A stretch of 64,000 bases of DNA from a virus (taxonomy: Duplodnaviria; Caudoviricetes), in IMG/VR virus record IMGVR_UViG_3300037067_003221, positions 64,001 to 128,000 of that record; one strand, written 5' to 3'. Of this stretch, positions 8,024 through 17,720 are shown in pieces. The notes beneath the pieces were generated by a model that had not been told where the DNA came from, did no database searches, and saw only the letters and a list, made by a program, of their open reading frames with translations. Within the stretch, counting starts at the first letter, position 1; each line of letters opens with the position of its first letter. A program made the translations under genes and the position numbers.

Positions 8024-8917
8024 TCATTTCGCCGGAACCTCGCCCATGTGAATCAAGGGAAGCGGGTTCGGGGAACTACCGTCAAGGAAATAAATCTTGG
8101 CGGCGGGGTCTTTGCTCATAGATTGCAACGCCTTCAACGCTTCAAGTTGAATAAACGCAGGGCTACCAGCAATCGCCTTGTTAATCTTTTCAATCTCATA
8201 CGCCTGTGCATCAGCCATCGTTCGCTTACGGGAAGCATCAGCTTCGGCAGACTTCTTTTCAGCCTCGGCCTTTACAACAACTTGCTCCTGTGCAGATCGA
8301 TACCGTTCAAGTTCGGCCTTCTGAGTTTCAACCTCCTGTGACCGCACCTTCTTAGCTTCAATCGCCTTAGTGATGTAGTCGGGCAGTTTCATATCACGAA
8401 TCAAAACGGAAGTAACATCGAGACCCTTGCTATCAAGCCGCTTTTGCAGCCCAATCAACAGTGAATCCTGAATCAACTTTTGTGTAGTATCCAGATAAAA
8501 ATCCTCGCACTTCTTAATACTCTTGCCATTCTCGCGGGCAAGCGAACGTAAGTTAGGAATCAAATGAACGGCCACAAGTTGTTCTTCGTTGCCGGTTTCC
8601 GTCAAAATCTTTGTCGCCAAAGCCTTCTTGACTCGATAGTTGACCGATACATCGACGATAGTGATCTGTTGATCTTCGGTGGGAATGCCAATTGCTTCTT
8701 TCACCGTCTTTTCACGGGCATCGAAGGTAGTCCACGAAAGCAGTGGATTGACAGGGAAGTGCATACCTTCATCGTAAACATCTTGCACCTTGCCAAACAA
8801 GGTCGCAACGGATACTTGACCAACAGGTACAGACTTCATGGAGCAACAGCCGCCAATCAAAACGAACAGGCCCAGAAATCCAGCCAAACACACGCCAACA
8901 ATTTTCTTCACGCTCAT
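8024..8917 (-). CDS. SPFH/prohibitin (band 7) family membrane protein
   Basis: N-terminal TM, VPVGQVSVATLFGKV..EGMHF, VDVSVNYRV, VLIRDMKLPDYITKAIEAK, coiled-coil C-terminus. Confidence 0.92.
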   Translation of the reverse strand: MSVKKIVGVCLAGFLGLFVLIGGCCSMKSVPVGQVSVATLFGKVQDVYDEGMHFPVNPLLSWTTFDAREKTVKEAIGIPTEDQQITIVDVSVNYRVKKALATKILTETGNEEQLVAVHLIPNLRSLARENGKSIKKCEDFYLDTTQKLIQDSLLIGLQKRLDSKGLDVTSVLIRDMKLPDYITKAIEAKKVRSQEVETQKAELERYRSAQEQVVVKAEAEKKSAEADASRKRTMADAQAYEIEKINKAIAGSPAFIQLEALKALQSMSKDPAAKIYFLDGSSPNPLPLIHMGEVPAK

Positions 8918-9923
8918 TCTAACTCCTCTTGTTAATTTCCGGCCCGACCGTCGGGCCGCTTACCATCATTGTACTTGTAACACGCTAACTTTGCTTCCGC
9001 AATTTCTTCATGCGTTTTTAAGCGTCGGACTCGTACAAAGTCCATTCCGCCGAAAGACACAGATAATCGCGGCAACGCATTTAGTAGCAACCTAACATGC
9101 GGATAATTGCAATATATACGTATTGGTTGCCAGTTACTCGCAATCTTCGCTTCCAGTAGTAGTCTCGGTGTCCTGAACATTACGCAACTTCTCCGGGGCT
9201 TGCATTACAACATAGCCCCTTGTTTGTAAGGCAAGTGCCTCTTCTTCCGTGATTCGTTTCAAACGATAATCCCATTTCCACGTCTTATGCAATAACTCTA
9301 CGGCAACAAGGTGTTTTTGAATGTCACCTTGGAAAATTAGGTTAGTGTCTTGCCAGACACCACGTTTATGTTGCAGTAAGTATAGTAGTTGTGCTGTCAT
9401 TTTAACTCTACTCGATTGGGCATCCCGACTCTCGCAAGTTCCTCTTTCAGACGAAAATTCTCAATTTTCAAGAGTTCAATTTCTCGAACTTCGTTATTCA
9501 CCGATTGTTGCGCAATGGGTTCAAAATCCAACTTGCTTGCCAACCGGCCAGCGAGTTGCATTTCAAGATCGTCAAGTGGTCGTGTCAGCGAAATCTCAAA
9601 GAGATATTCGTACACGCGCTCACACTCTGCTCGCAATAATGTAATCATTGAAGTAGTTTCAATTTGTGCCTCAATTGTTCACACTCTTTATTTAATTCAT
9701 CGAGGCGTTTGTTGAGTTCTTTAATGGCATCCTGTTTCCATAATTCTAACAGACTTTGCACTTGTTCTTTGGTAATGTAGTAATAATTACTGGGTATATA
9801 AAACCAACAGCTTTGCCACTCAACATCACCTTTTGTGAACGATTCAGTCTTATTTTCGGAAATGCGGAGAATACAGCCGCCTGCATGATATAATTTATAT
9901 CCAATCATAAATCACCTTTCAAA

Positions 9924-10004
9924 ATGGGTAGCAAGGAATCGAACCTTGTCTGCAATAAAGCTGCTTGTTTACCACAAGCCGTGCGCACCATGCGCATCTA
10001 CCTA
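9924..10004 (-). pseudogene. Degenerate tRNA-Tyr(GTA)-like gene
   Basis: RC GCGC-ATGGT-GCGC D arm, GCTTG-TGGTAAA-CAAGC (G33), T arm identical to the 486-567 tRNA (CAAGGTTCGATTCCTTG), acceptor mismatch. Confidence 0.65.
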
Positions 10005-10084
10005 ACCCACGACATACGGGTATCCTGTCATGGCAGTAGCCGTTGTCAGCCTACTACGCATCAAGTTACAACAACTCTCCGAGT

Positions 10085-10477
10085 TTACTTAAAGAAGTTT
10101 TGAAACGCAATGGCGGAAATCAAACCAATAACCACGCCGATCATAATGTACACAGTTTGTTCCAAGGTTCTCGACTCTGGACTATTGGCCTTTTCAGGGG
10201 CAGCCGCTCCCACTGGCATAGGGCATACAGGAGCAACTTTGACAAGTCCAAGAGCAGATCGCCATTCAGGGGGCACATCCGTTGCCGCCACTTCCAGGCC
10301 CGTGCGTACAATGTCCACAACACTCAAAACACGGGCGGTGATCGAGCCAGGGTCATTGGCACGTTCTGGACCGCGACCGTAAGCCAGAATGTTCGTGGGG
10401 ACTCTACTACCATTCGCATTCACCTGCGTTTCTGTATCGATTGAAAAATAGCCGTTTTCGGTTTTGTAGTATTTCAT
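10085..10477 (-). CDS. hypothetical protein with C-terminal TM helix
   Basis: TAATG coupling with upstream ORF. Confidence 0.65.
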   Translation of the reverse strand: MKYYKTENGYFSIDTETQVNANGSRVPTNILAYGRGPERANDPGSITARVLSVVDIVRTGLEVAATDVPPEWRSALGLVKVAPVCPMPVGAAAPEKANSPESRTLEQTVYIMIGVVIGLISAIAFQNFFK

Positions 10478-10988
10478 TAGCAGTTGCTCTTAATTCGTTC
10501 GGACGGAACGTATTGTAAAGCATCCTCGAAAGCACCGATGTACGTGTTGTGTTTATCGGGTAAAAATACCCGAAACTTGTTGCTGCTCAAATAAAAATGC
10601 CGACCTTTCGGCCACCGAGAGATAGTGATAATCTCCGTATCGTAACGGTCGCCCCAGCGGATATTCTCAGATGTAACAGTATCGAGAATAATAGCGTCCT
10701 CCATGAACATCCAACCGCCGTTCATGTTAATAAGGACAGTCTTATTATCCTTCATTCGGTCGTGCATACTGCCCAACCATCGTTGGGCCTGTGTAATCGG
10801 ATTCCAAATCCGGCGAGTAGTTTCGTCTTTCTGCATGTGCGGGTCATGCTGGAAACGATGGAAATACATGGCCGTCACGCCTAAGTGAACCTCAAGCAAG
10901 GTGGCAATGTCATACGGAATCAATTGCAGATACCACCCCGTCAAGGTTGGTATCTTTTCGTGGCATTGAACTTTGTGGAAGGTATAGG

Positions 10989-11357
10989 TCATGCTACTCT
11001 CAGTCCCCATACGTCAGTAATCTCATTGACTACGTAATCTTCACCGTAAAGGTCCATAGCCTTTAACAGCCGGTCGGTTACAAAGCAAGCAAGAGTCGCA
11101 GTAAAGACGGACCTACCGCATAAGTCTGCACCCGGCCCGCCCTTGAATTTCACTAAAATCTGGCCGCATTTTTCTTCAACAAACTCGCTACAGTTGGCGA
11201 AGGTAGTAATGTTTTTCATGCCGGGTATTCCGACAACAATCATTCTATCCTCACCGAAACCTAACGCCTCCATCAATTCGGCGGCATCCCCGACGGACTT
11301 CCACCGGGACAAGGCTTCAAAGGCCAGCAGATAATTTTTGAGTTTATTGGTTTCCAT
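10989..11357 (-). CDS. hypothetical protein (probably leaderless)
   Basis: ATG 6 nt after TATAGT. Confidence 0.7.
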   Translation of the reverse strand: METNKLKNYLLAFEALSRWKSVGDAAELMEALGFGEDRMIVVGIPGMKNITTFANCSEFVEEKCGQILVKFKGGPGADLCGRSVFTATLACFVTDRLLKAMDLYGEDYVVNEITDVWGLRVA

Positions 11358-11363
11358 ATATAA

Positions 11364-11391
11364 ACTATACCACAGTTTTGTGTCTTGTCAA
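11364..11391 (-). promoter_or_regulatory. sigma70-type promoter
   Basis: RC TTGACA-16nt(TGTGG)-TATAGT. Confidence 0.85.
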
Positions 11392-11689
11392 GTAGAATTT
11401 CTCAGATTCTTTTAACGTGACCCCACAAAGGACTACCTCTGGCGAGGGTCCATTGGCATCTTCGATGAAAACCCTACGAATGTAAGTGTGCGGTTCCCCA
11501 CAATTAGGGGTCTTAGGGTCTAAGACCGTGTAGCCGACAATTCCTTTCACCTTCGGTTGCTTGTTTCGATTCTTGCACGGAAGAATCAATTCGCTGACCC
11601 CGGCAATCTCTCGAAGTCGTTTAAGCCATACAACCGATACTTCATACTCTAAACCGACTTGGGCCGGTCGAATGATAATGACATCTTCA

Positions 11690-11932
11690 TCACGCATTAG
11701 TTGAATCCTTTACTAAACCATATTTCGCAATGTATAGTACCCATTCGTCTAACTTGTGCCATGCGCCGCAAGCACACGGCCCAGAGATCATGTCGCAAGG
11801 TTCATTACAGGCATTATGGTACTTAGGCCAATGTTCAGGCCAGCCCATTAAATCATTCATATTAGCTCCAATTTGTCCAGGTCCATACTTCTCCGCATAC
11901 CGGGCATGTCCATGTTTCGTCCCAATGTTCAC
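11690..11932 (-). CDS. Small Cys/His protein (CDxxxGxCxCGxxH motif)
   Basis: CDMISGPCACGAWH; motif shared with 19407..19940. Confidence 0.65.
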   Translation of the reverse strand: MNIGTKHGHARYAEKYGPGQIGANMNDLMGWPEHWPKYHNACNEPCDMISGPCACGAWHKLDEWVLYIAKYGLVKDSTNA

Positions 11933-12291
11933 CGTATTCTAAATTTGCAACCGGCTCTGAATACGTGACCGGGGCATCATCCAAGCCATATAGATTTTCG
12001 CTATTCCAGCCGCAAGACGGACAGCACCAATCTGGTAAATCATTCATAGGGCCTCCAATGAATTAACCAATCCGGCCTTTCGATCTTTCAAAAGGCCAAC
12101 AAGAAACGCACTTAGTTGCGACTCTTCGCTTGCCGACATGCAGATCGACGTTTCATTAACTCCAACGCTCACATGAATGATGCTTCGCTGACAGTTAAAA
12201 ATCAAATCGTCGATGCGTTTAATATCCTCTCGCAATCCGGTTGCCTTTGAAACAAGCGTTTGCAATTCGAGGAACTTATCGTTTGTCATAA

Positions 12292-12684
12292 TTATGCTCC
12301 AATTGCGCTGGCAAATTTGTCAAGGTGGCATCGCACTAAAATATCCTCCGTAATTGCTTCCGCAACTAAGTGTACTAAACGTCTGAATAGTTTCACCTTA
12401 TCGGAGATTAGTTCACGTCGATCTGTGGTTAATTCAATCTCATACTTCTTGCCGTTCAACATGAACCCGACAAAAATTCTCTTCTCGCCGAAGGTGTCAT
12501 TGACTTCCACGATTACGCCGGTTATTACATTGTCTGCATCGACTTGAGAAATTACTAGACTTCTTAGCAGTTTCTCTCGCATTTCATCGGCTAAACGAAT
12601 TGAATCATCCGTCGGTGCCCGATGTTCATTGATGTTGATCGTTGAAGGGAACGATGCAGCTTTGTGAATGTACGTGTTAAACAT
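12292..12684 (-). CDS. hypothetical protein (start MFNTYI)
   Basis: GAGG RBS; the upstream extension in the ORF track overlaps tRNA-Met. Confidence 0.65.
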   Translation of the reverse strand: MFNTYIHKAASFPSTININEHRAPTDDSIRLADEMREKLLRSLVISQVDADNVITGVIVEVNDTFGEKRIFVGFMLNGKKYEIELTTDRRELISDKVKLFRRLVHLVAEAITEDILVRCHLDKFASAIGA

Positions 12685-12710
12685 TGTGCGTCCTCTTGTT
12701 AATTGTAAAG

Positions 12711-12783
12711 TGGCAGGGGCGGGAATCGAACCCGCGACCTCAAGGTTATGAGCCTTGCAAGCTACCGTCTGCTCCACCCTGCT
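12711..12783 (-). tRNA. tRNA-Met(CAT), initiator-like (1:72 mismatch)
   Basis: RC AGCAGGG/CCCTGCC-A, CAAGG-CTCATAA-CCTTG, GCGGG-TTCGATT-CCCGC. Confidence 0.9.
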
Positions 12784-13008
12784 ATATTCGCCTATCAATC
12801 ATTTTCATGTGCCATATTGAATATCGTCCACATAACTAATTTTTCTTGGGGTGTCATCGGATAAAGAACTTCATCAATTTTGTCTTGCCACTCGATGATC
12901 TTATCTATAAAAATAAAACCAATCACGCTACAAAAACAAACCCAAAATAAAATAGCATTTAGGATACTCAAGCATCTAAACCAAAATCTTTTCATCGTAA
13001 TCTCCTAG

Positions 13009-13082
13009 TGGGCCGGGTAGGAATTGAACCTACGCTAACGCGGATTTTCAGTCCGCTGCTCTACCTGCTGAGCTACCGGCCC
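13009..13082 (-). tRNA. tRNA-Phe(GAA)
   Basis: RC GGGCCGG/CCGGCCC-A, GCGGA-CTGAAAA-TCCGC. Confidence 0.95.
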
Positions 13083-13086
13083 GGAG

Positions 13087-13162
13087 TCGGAATAGAGGGA
13101 ATCGAACCCACGGCCTCATGGTCCCAAACCACGCGCTCTGAACCTAGCTGAGCTATATTCCG
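13087..13162 (-). tRNA. tRNA-Pro(TGG)
   Basis: RC CGGAATA/TATTCCG-A, GTGG-TTTGGGA-CCAT. Confidence 0.93.
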
Positions 13163-13169
13163 ATCTACA

Positions 13170-13721
13170 CTAATCTGCCGTGATAATAGCGGCATACCAA
13201 ACTCCGTTCGTACCCATTGCCATATCGGCACCGAAAAACTTATGCTTGACGCTTGCTACCGACCAGTGGCCGGGAGATTGTCGCCAACACACAAACATTT
13301 CTTTCCCTAATGCGTCCATAGCAAAATCCTTTTGCCACGGCCACGATTCGGCAGCAATCTCCGCAAACTGGAAATTGCCCATCGTCTGGCGCAATTCCTC
13401 GCAACGTGCTTGGAACATCTGGTGGCCTTGTGTGCGTCGGTCGGCCTGATACTTGGCGTGACGGGTTGCCATAGCCATAAGCGCAGGGTGCCGTTCGGAC
13501 AGACATACCTGCGCGCCAGGGAAAATCAACCCTGCGCTAATTAGGCCCTCAGCCGTCAAACCAACAGGCGTGACAATAGGCGACACCGGCCCGATAATAT
13601 CGTAGTCGGGCACTGTGGGTTTCACTGTCATCTTGCAGTATGGGCACGGCGTAATGCCTAAAAATGAAGGGTACGTCTTGCCACACACTCCGCATGTAAC
13701 TTGTTTCTTGAACCAGCCCAT
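13170..13721 (-). CDS. Zn-ribbon + CAP/SCP-like domain protein
   Basis: CGVC..CPYC; ATRHAKYQA..GH, EIAAESW, CWRQSPGHW, GVWYA. Confidence 0.65.
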   Translation of the reverse strand: MGWFKKQVTCGVCGKTYPSFLGITPCPYCKMTVKPTVPDYDIIGPVSPIVTPVGLTAEGLISAGLIFPGAQVCLSERHPALMAMATRHAKYQADRRTQGHQMFQARCEELRQTMGNFQFAEIAAESWPWQKDFAMDALGKEMFVCWRQSPGHWSVASVKHKFFGADMAMGTNGVWYAAIITAD

Positions 13722-14467
13722 TAGATTAAGTTGAACCTTTCCAAAACGTCTTGATACGATTCCTTCCAACGAATAAGCGGCTCGTTCCTAAGCTGCTTGT
13801 ACAAGTCGATGATCTTATCGTCGGTTTGTCCGCGATAGATTCGTTCCAATTCAGCCGGGTCAATGCCCGAACAACGATCTTCAATTCGATTCATTTTTCC
13901 AATCCAAAATGAATCGGAAATTAACGGCTTCAACGTGTGGAATAGTTGAACAACTTTCGACGTATCCAAACACGGTTCACAAGAAATACTTGTCTTGAAA
14001 CCGAGCATAAAGGAATGCGCTAACGAGTTATATCGTTCCTCGAAACAAGGCGCACCTGGTTCCCAGTAGCCAAGAATCCTATCGCTGTACGAACCAATAC
14101 TGAATCGAAACAGCATCTTGTCCTTGAACTTCTCGGTGACTTTGCAAATATCTTTGATGCAGTCAAAGTGAGGTTTGCTAACAACAAGTACCTCATTGCC
14201 AACTTCCAACAACCCCGTCAAGGTGCTAAGGCAGTGGTCCAAGTTCTCCGGCGTAATATCGTGTTGCGTCGGGAACATGACTACGCCATTGTACTTACGA
14301 ATGTTGGGCCGAATATCTACAGTATTCGTCCAAGTATCGAGAGTGGCAACACCACGTTGTACGGCGGTTGCCCTCGCATAGCAATATCGGCAATTATGTT
14401 TGCAGCCCCGCGAACAATTCACGGAACTATCGGACCACTCACGGGTTCCTGTTTTACGTTTAGCCAC
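13721..14467 (-). CDS. Radical SAM protein (DUF5131/gp37-gp68 or SPL-like)
   Basis: TREWSD..NCSRGCKHNCRYCYA (CxxxCxxC), SISCEP. Confidence 0.8.
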   Translation of the reverse strand: MAKRKTGTREWSDSSVNCSRGCKHNCRYCYARATAVQRGVATLDTWTNTVDIRPNIRKYNGVVMFPTQHDITPENLDHCLSTLTGLLEVGNEVLVVSKPHFDCIKDICKVTEKFKDKMLFRFSIGSYSDRILGYWEPGAPCFEERYNSLAHSFMLGFKTSISCEPCLDTSKVVQLFHTLKPLISDSFWIGKMNRIEDRCSGIDPAELERIYRGQTDDKIIDLYKQLRNEPLIRWKESYQDVLERFNLI

Positions 14468-14678
14468 GTTGCACCTTAATAGTTAAAGAAGATCGATTCT
14501 AACATGCTTCAAGTTTGCAGAAGCATCGTCGTTAGCAATGATAACCCAGGTATAATCCTTGATTTCATACGTTGTATAGTTGATCTGAACAAGATCACAT
14601 TCCCCAGGCAAATCCGGGGCTTCAAGTTCCGCTAGTAAAGTACCCTCAGCATAAAACAAAAGTAAAAACTTGTTCATC

Positions 14679-15131
14679 TTATAACCTTAATGGATTGAGT
14701 AGTTTTGCTTTGTGCAACCCATACAGCATTTGCTGGCAGCAAGTTCCAACTGTGTGGGCTAGTGTTTCGTTATCACCTTGATAACTGTCTCGTTTCGGTA
14801 AATTGCGGGGACACATTCGACGTACATAGTTTATTGCGGCATGGGTGGCTTCATGCGTCACTGTTTCTGAATCAAGTTGATTCATACTCAGGAAAATGTA
14901 GCCCATATCCGGCAATAAAATCCATTTACGTCCGTTCCATTGCGTCTTGTTGATTCCCATTTCACAGCCGCCGAAACGCGGTTTGATCTTCGTCAAACAA
15001 TTAGCTTTACGTATGCGGCTGAATCCACGCCACATGGCACTACGAGTTTTGTAAATACGAACTTCGTAGAACGATTCACATTCTGTCGCCATGTAATTGT
15101 TAAGGCCGGGATGTATGCGAAACGTAATCAT
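14679..15131 (-). CDS. hypothetical protein with HExxH motif
   Basis: VTHEATHAA..NETLAH. Confidence 0.6.
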   Translation of the reverse strand: MITFRIHPGLNNYMATECESFYEVRIYKTRSAMWRGFSRIRKANCLTKIKPRFGGCEMGINKTQWNGRKWILLPDMGYIFLSMNQLDSETVTHEATHAAINYVRRMCPRNLPKRDSYQGDNETLAHTVGTCCQQMLYGLHKAKLLNPLRL

Positions 15132-15284
15132 TGGTCCGACCTAATTTGTTTGTTCTCGGCCTCTTTCTCAGCGGCCTTCTCGTTGATTTTTTGCAACCTC
15201 TTGTTGAGTTTTCGCATCCTCTTCGAGTTGCGATAGTCTGGTTTATAGCCGTAGTCTGCGTTTTTCTTGAATGTCCTACCCATG

Positions 15285-15629
15285 CTACCACCTTACTGCA
15301 ACTTTCGGGCCAAACGCCTGTTTAATTAGTTCTTCGTGAGCTACGTGATACATTACTTTGTCAAGTGTAAAGGTAGTCATTGAACCTGTTGCCCATATCG
15401 CGTGTCCCGGTGGCCCGCCACTAAATTGGACTGGTCCAATATCGTCACACGCATCGAGTTGTCCGCAACCATCAAAAATATCCCGTGGATTCGTTCTATT
15501 GAACTTCTGTTCACGGGGGTTCCAAATCAACACAATATCGTCAAGTGCATCGAGGGAAGATAAAAACGCCCATGCCTCACCGACTTTTAGGTTCCGAAAA
15601 CTATGTAGATAAAATTCCAGGTTTTTCAT
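15285..15629 (-). CDS. GGPP-family paralogue 7
   Basis: VQFSGGPPGHAIWATGSMTTFTLD. Confidence 0.8.
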   Translation of the reverse strand: MKNLEFYLHSFRNLKVGEAWAFLSSLDALDDIVLIWNPREQKFNRTNPRDIFDGCGQLDACDDIGPVQFSGGPPGHAIWATGSMTTFTLDKVMYHVAHEELIKQAFGPKVAVRW

Positions 15630-15957
15630 TTTGAATCATCTTGATTACTGTCGTTACTTTCTTTCTTTCGCCAGCGTAATAAGCCGACAAAAATCGATCC
15701 ATCAACAGTTGTGTCAAACTTCCTTCGTACAAGCCGGGTTTACTCGGCGGGCCACCAGCAAATCGCACAGTGATTGAGTCAGCCGAGTCATAATAAATAT
15801 CGGCCATGTCATAAACATCAATTATAGGTGTCCAGAAACCAGCAATGCAAATCATTTGATGCGTTTCATTAAACACATTGCAAAGGGTATCTAGCACTTC
15901 GCCAGCAGTCCAATCCTTAAAAAGGGACACTACTAATTGAAAGTCGATCTTCTTCAT
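15601..15957 (-). CDS. GGPP-family paralogue 6
   Basis: VRFAGGPPSKPGLYEGSLTQLLMD. Confidence 0.8.
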   Translation of the reverse strand: MKKIDFQLVVSLFKDWTAGEVLDTLCNVFNETHQMICIAGFWTPIIDVYDMADIYYDSADSITVRFAGGPPSKPGLYEGSLTQLLMDRFLSAYYAGERKKVTTVIKMIQNEKPGILST

Positions 15958-16315
15958 CGTCTGTTCGCCCTTCCACCATTTCAACGTAATGGCCTTTTGT
16001 TGCCCAGTCGTATAGTACCGAGTCGCAAAGCATTGTCAACAAGGTTCCCGTAAAATGTGTTCTACGTGTCGGCGGGCCACCCCAAAATTCTATCGGGCCA
16101 AAATCCTCCGGGGATAATTGCTCCAAGTGAGTGGCCGTTAGCAATGATCTAACGTCACGCCGGGTGCCTGACTTGACGAACGTAATTGTTGACTGACCTT
16201 TACCAAACTCTTCGCAGAGTAGGTTGACAGTCTCAGCCGCCGTGATACCAGCCACATAATCTCTTATGCGGGCATCAATTGCTGGTGGTTTCGGTGATTT
16301 TATTCGGGGTGTCAT
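15917..16315 (-). CDS. GGPP-family paralogue 5
   Basis: IEFWGGPPTRRTHFTGTLLTMLCD. Confidence 0.8.
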   Translation of the reverse strand: MTPRIKSPKPPAIDARIRDYVAGITAAETVNLLCEEFGKGQSTITFVKSGTRRDVRSLLTATHLEQLSPEDFGPIEFWGGPPTRRTHFTGTLLTMLCDSVLYDWATKGHYVEMVEGRTDDEEDRLSISSVPF

Positions 16316-16619
16316 AAATTGAACGTGTCATTAAACGGTCGATTAACATGGTTATCAAGGTGCCTTTATACACTGCCTCATGTCGGGGCGGGCCACCAAA
16401 AAACTTCACATGAATGTACCTAGCCATCGACCGATGTACAGGTTGCGACAGTAACGCTTCTATTTCATACCATCGACCACCCAGAACCTCGACTGCACAG
16501 GTATTATGTTGGCATCCAATATCATCCAGTCTTTCGGCAACCTCGGCAACCGTTAAGCCGCCAAAGCTGCGATACATCTGATTGATCGAGTAATCCAGCC
16601 AAATGGGGTCAAGTTTCAT
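16275..16619 (-). CDS. GGPP-family paralogue 4
   Basis: VKFFGGPPRHEAVYKGTLITMLID. Confidence 0.8.
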   Translation of the reverse strand: MKLDPIWLDYSINQMYRSFGGLTVAEVAERLDDIGCQHNTCAVEVLGGRWYEIEALLSQPVHRSMARYIHVKFFGGPPRHEAVYKGTLITMLIDRLMTRSIYDTPNKITETTSN

Positions 16620-16993
16620 ACGGTAATCACCCCGCCCAACTTACGCTTCCGCACACCCAGAGCCATACGAGTTTTGGTAAACCCGTCTATCTGAATGCGA
16701 GAGGCAATACAATCCAGCAAATAGCTTATGAGTGTTCCTCGATACCACTTACCGTGGCCGACAGGTCCACCATAAAACGAAACCTTGACTCTTTCGGCAG
16801 GCATGTTCCAAGCCGTGGCCGCATAAATCGAATCGACAGTAGTTGGGATGCTGTACTCGTCGTTAATCAACGTGTCGCCGTGTTGCAACTTGCCAATTAG
16901 TTCGTGTACGCATTCCATATCGAGTGGCTTAAAATGGCCGAGCAGCGATTCAGCTTGTGCCAGAAAATTCTTCTTCATGTTCAAGGCTTTCAA
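16616..16993 (-). CDS. GGPP-family paralogue 3
   Basis: VSFYGGPVGHGKWYRGTLISYLLD. Confidence 0.8.
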   Translation of the reverse strand: MKALNMKKNFLAQAESLLGHFKPLDMECVHELIGKLQHGDTLINDEYSIPTTVDSIYAATAWNMPAERVKVSFYGGPVGHGKWYRGTLISYLLDCIASRIQIDGFTKTRMALGVRKRKLGGVITV

Positions 16994-17324
16994 GGTTCAA
17001 AAATCGGCTATAAATAGCCCAGTTATTATCGCAAGTTGTGTTCATAATCTTGTCACACAACGCAGTCAACAAAGTGCCGGGGAAGAATCCCTTATTGTCG
17101 GGAGGCCCGCCCCAAAACTTTACATAGCAATTCTTCGCGGGGGCATCGGACATGCCATCACATTCGGCCAACAATCGTCCAACTGTGGTTACAATCCCGG
17201 CAAAGACAATCAAATCTTCTCGCCCGCCGAAGGTATAAATCAAGAAGTTCACCGCCCGCCTACAATTTAGGTACGAGAGGCTTTCTTGAAGGCGAACGTG
17301 ATTGCTTTTAGGGCGTATTACCAT
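16950..17324 (-). CDS. GGPP-family paralogue 2 (frame stays open upstream to 17678)
   Basis: VKFWGGPPDNKGFFPGTLLTALCD; internal Met at 17324 overlaps the stop of paralogue 1. Confidence 0.75.
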   Translation of the reverse strand: MVIRPKSNHVRLQESLSYLNCRRAVNFLIYTFGGREDLIVFAGIVTTVGRLLAECDGMSDAPAKNCYVKFWGGPPDNKGFFPGTLLTALCDKIMNTTCDNNWAIYSRFLNLESLEHEEEFSGTS

Positions 17325-17656
17325 AGTGTCAGTTGTGGTGAGACTTGGATATAAGTCGCCAAACTCTCTAAGTTGTGCGTCAGTAAATAGTTCAATACTC
17401 TGTCCTCCACTAGCCGCGCTAGTGTACCCCTGTAGTATTTGCGTCGTGGCGGTGGGCCTCCCCAGAACAAAAATGTTCCCGTTTGGCTGCACGACAGTAT
17501 ATTCACTTCGTCCTGTTTCACCCAATCCTTCACGGATATTCGTCGCCCGTCCATTAGTACGCCCACATACTCGTCGCCCAACGCCCTTATAAGGGCGTAT
17601 GCGGCGGGGGCGGTTAGTGATTGGAGTTTCGTCGTTAGGAAGGGTGATAGTTTCAT
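17318..17656 (-). CDS. GGPP-family paralogue 1
   Basis: FLFWGGPPPRRKYYRGTLARLVED. Confidence 0.8.
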   Translation of the reverse strand: MKLSPFLTTKLQSLTAPAAYALIRALGDEYVGVLMDGRRISVKDWVKQDEVNILSCSQTGTFLFWGGPPPRRKYYRGTLARLVEDRVLNYLLTHNLESLATYIQVSPQLTLW

Positions 17657-17684
17657 GGCTAAGGAATAATCGGCTCATAATTAA

Positions 17685-17712
17685 ACTATACCATACCTTT
17701 CCAGGTTGTCAA
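17685..17712 (-). promoter_or_regulatory. sigma70-type promoter driving the GGPP array
   Basis: RC TTGACA-16nt(TATGG)-TATAGT-6nt-ATG. Confidence 0.85.
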
Positions 17713-17720
17713 GTAGAATT

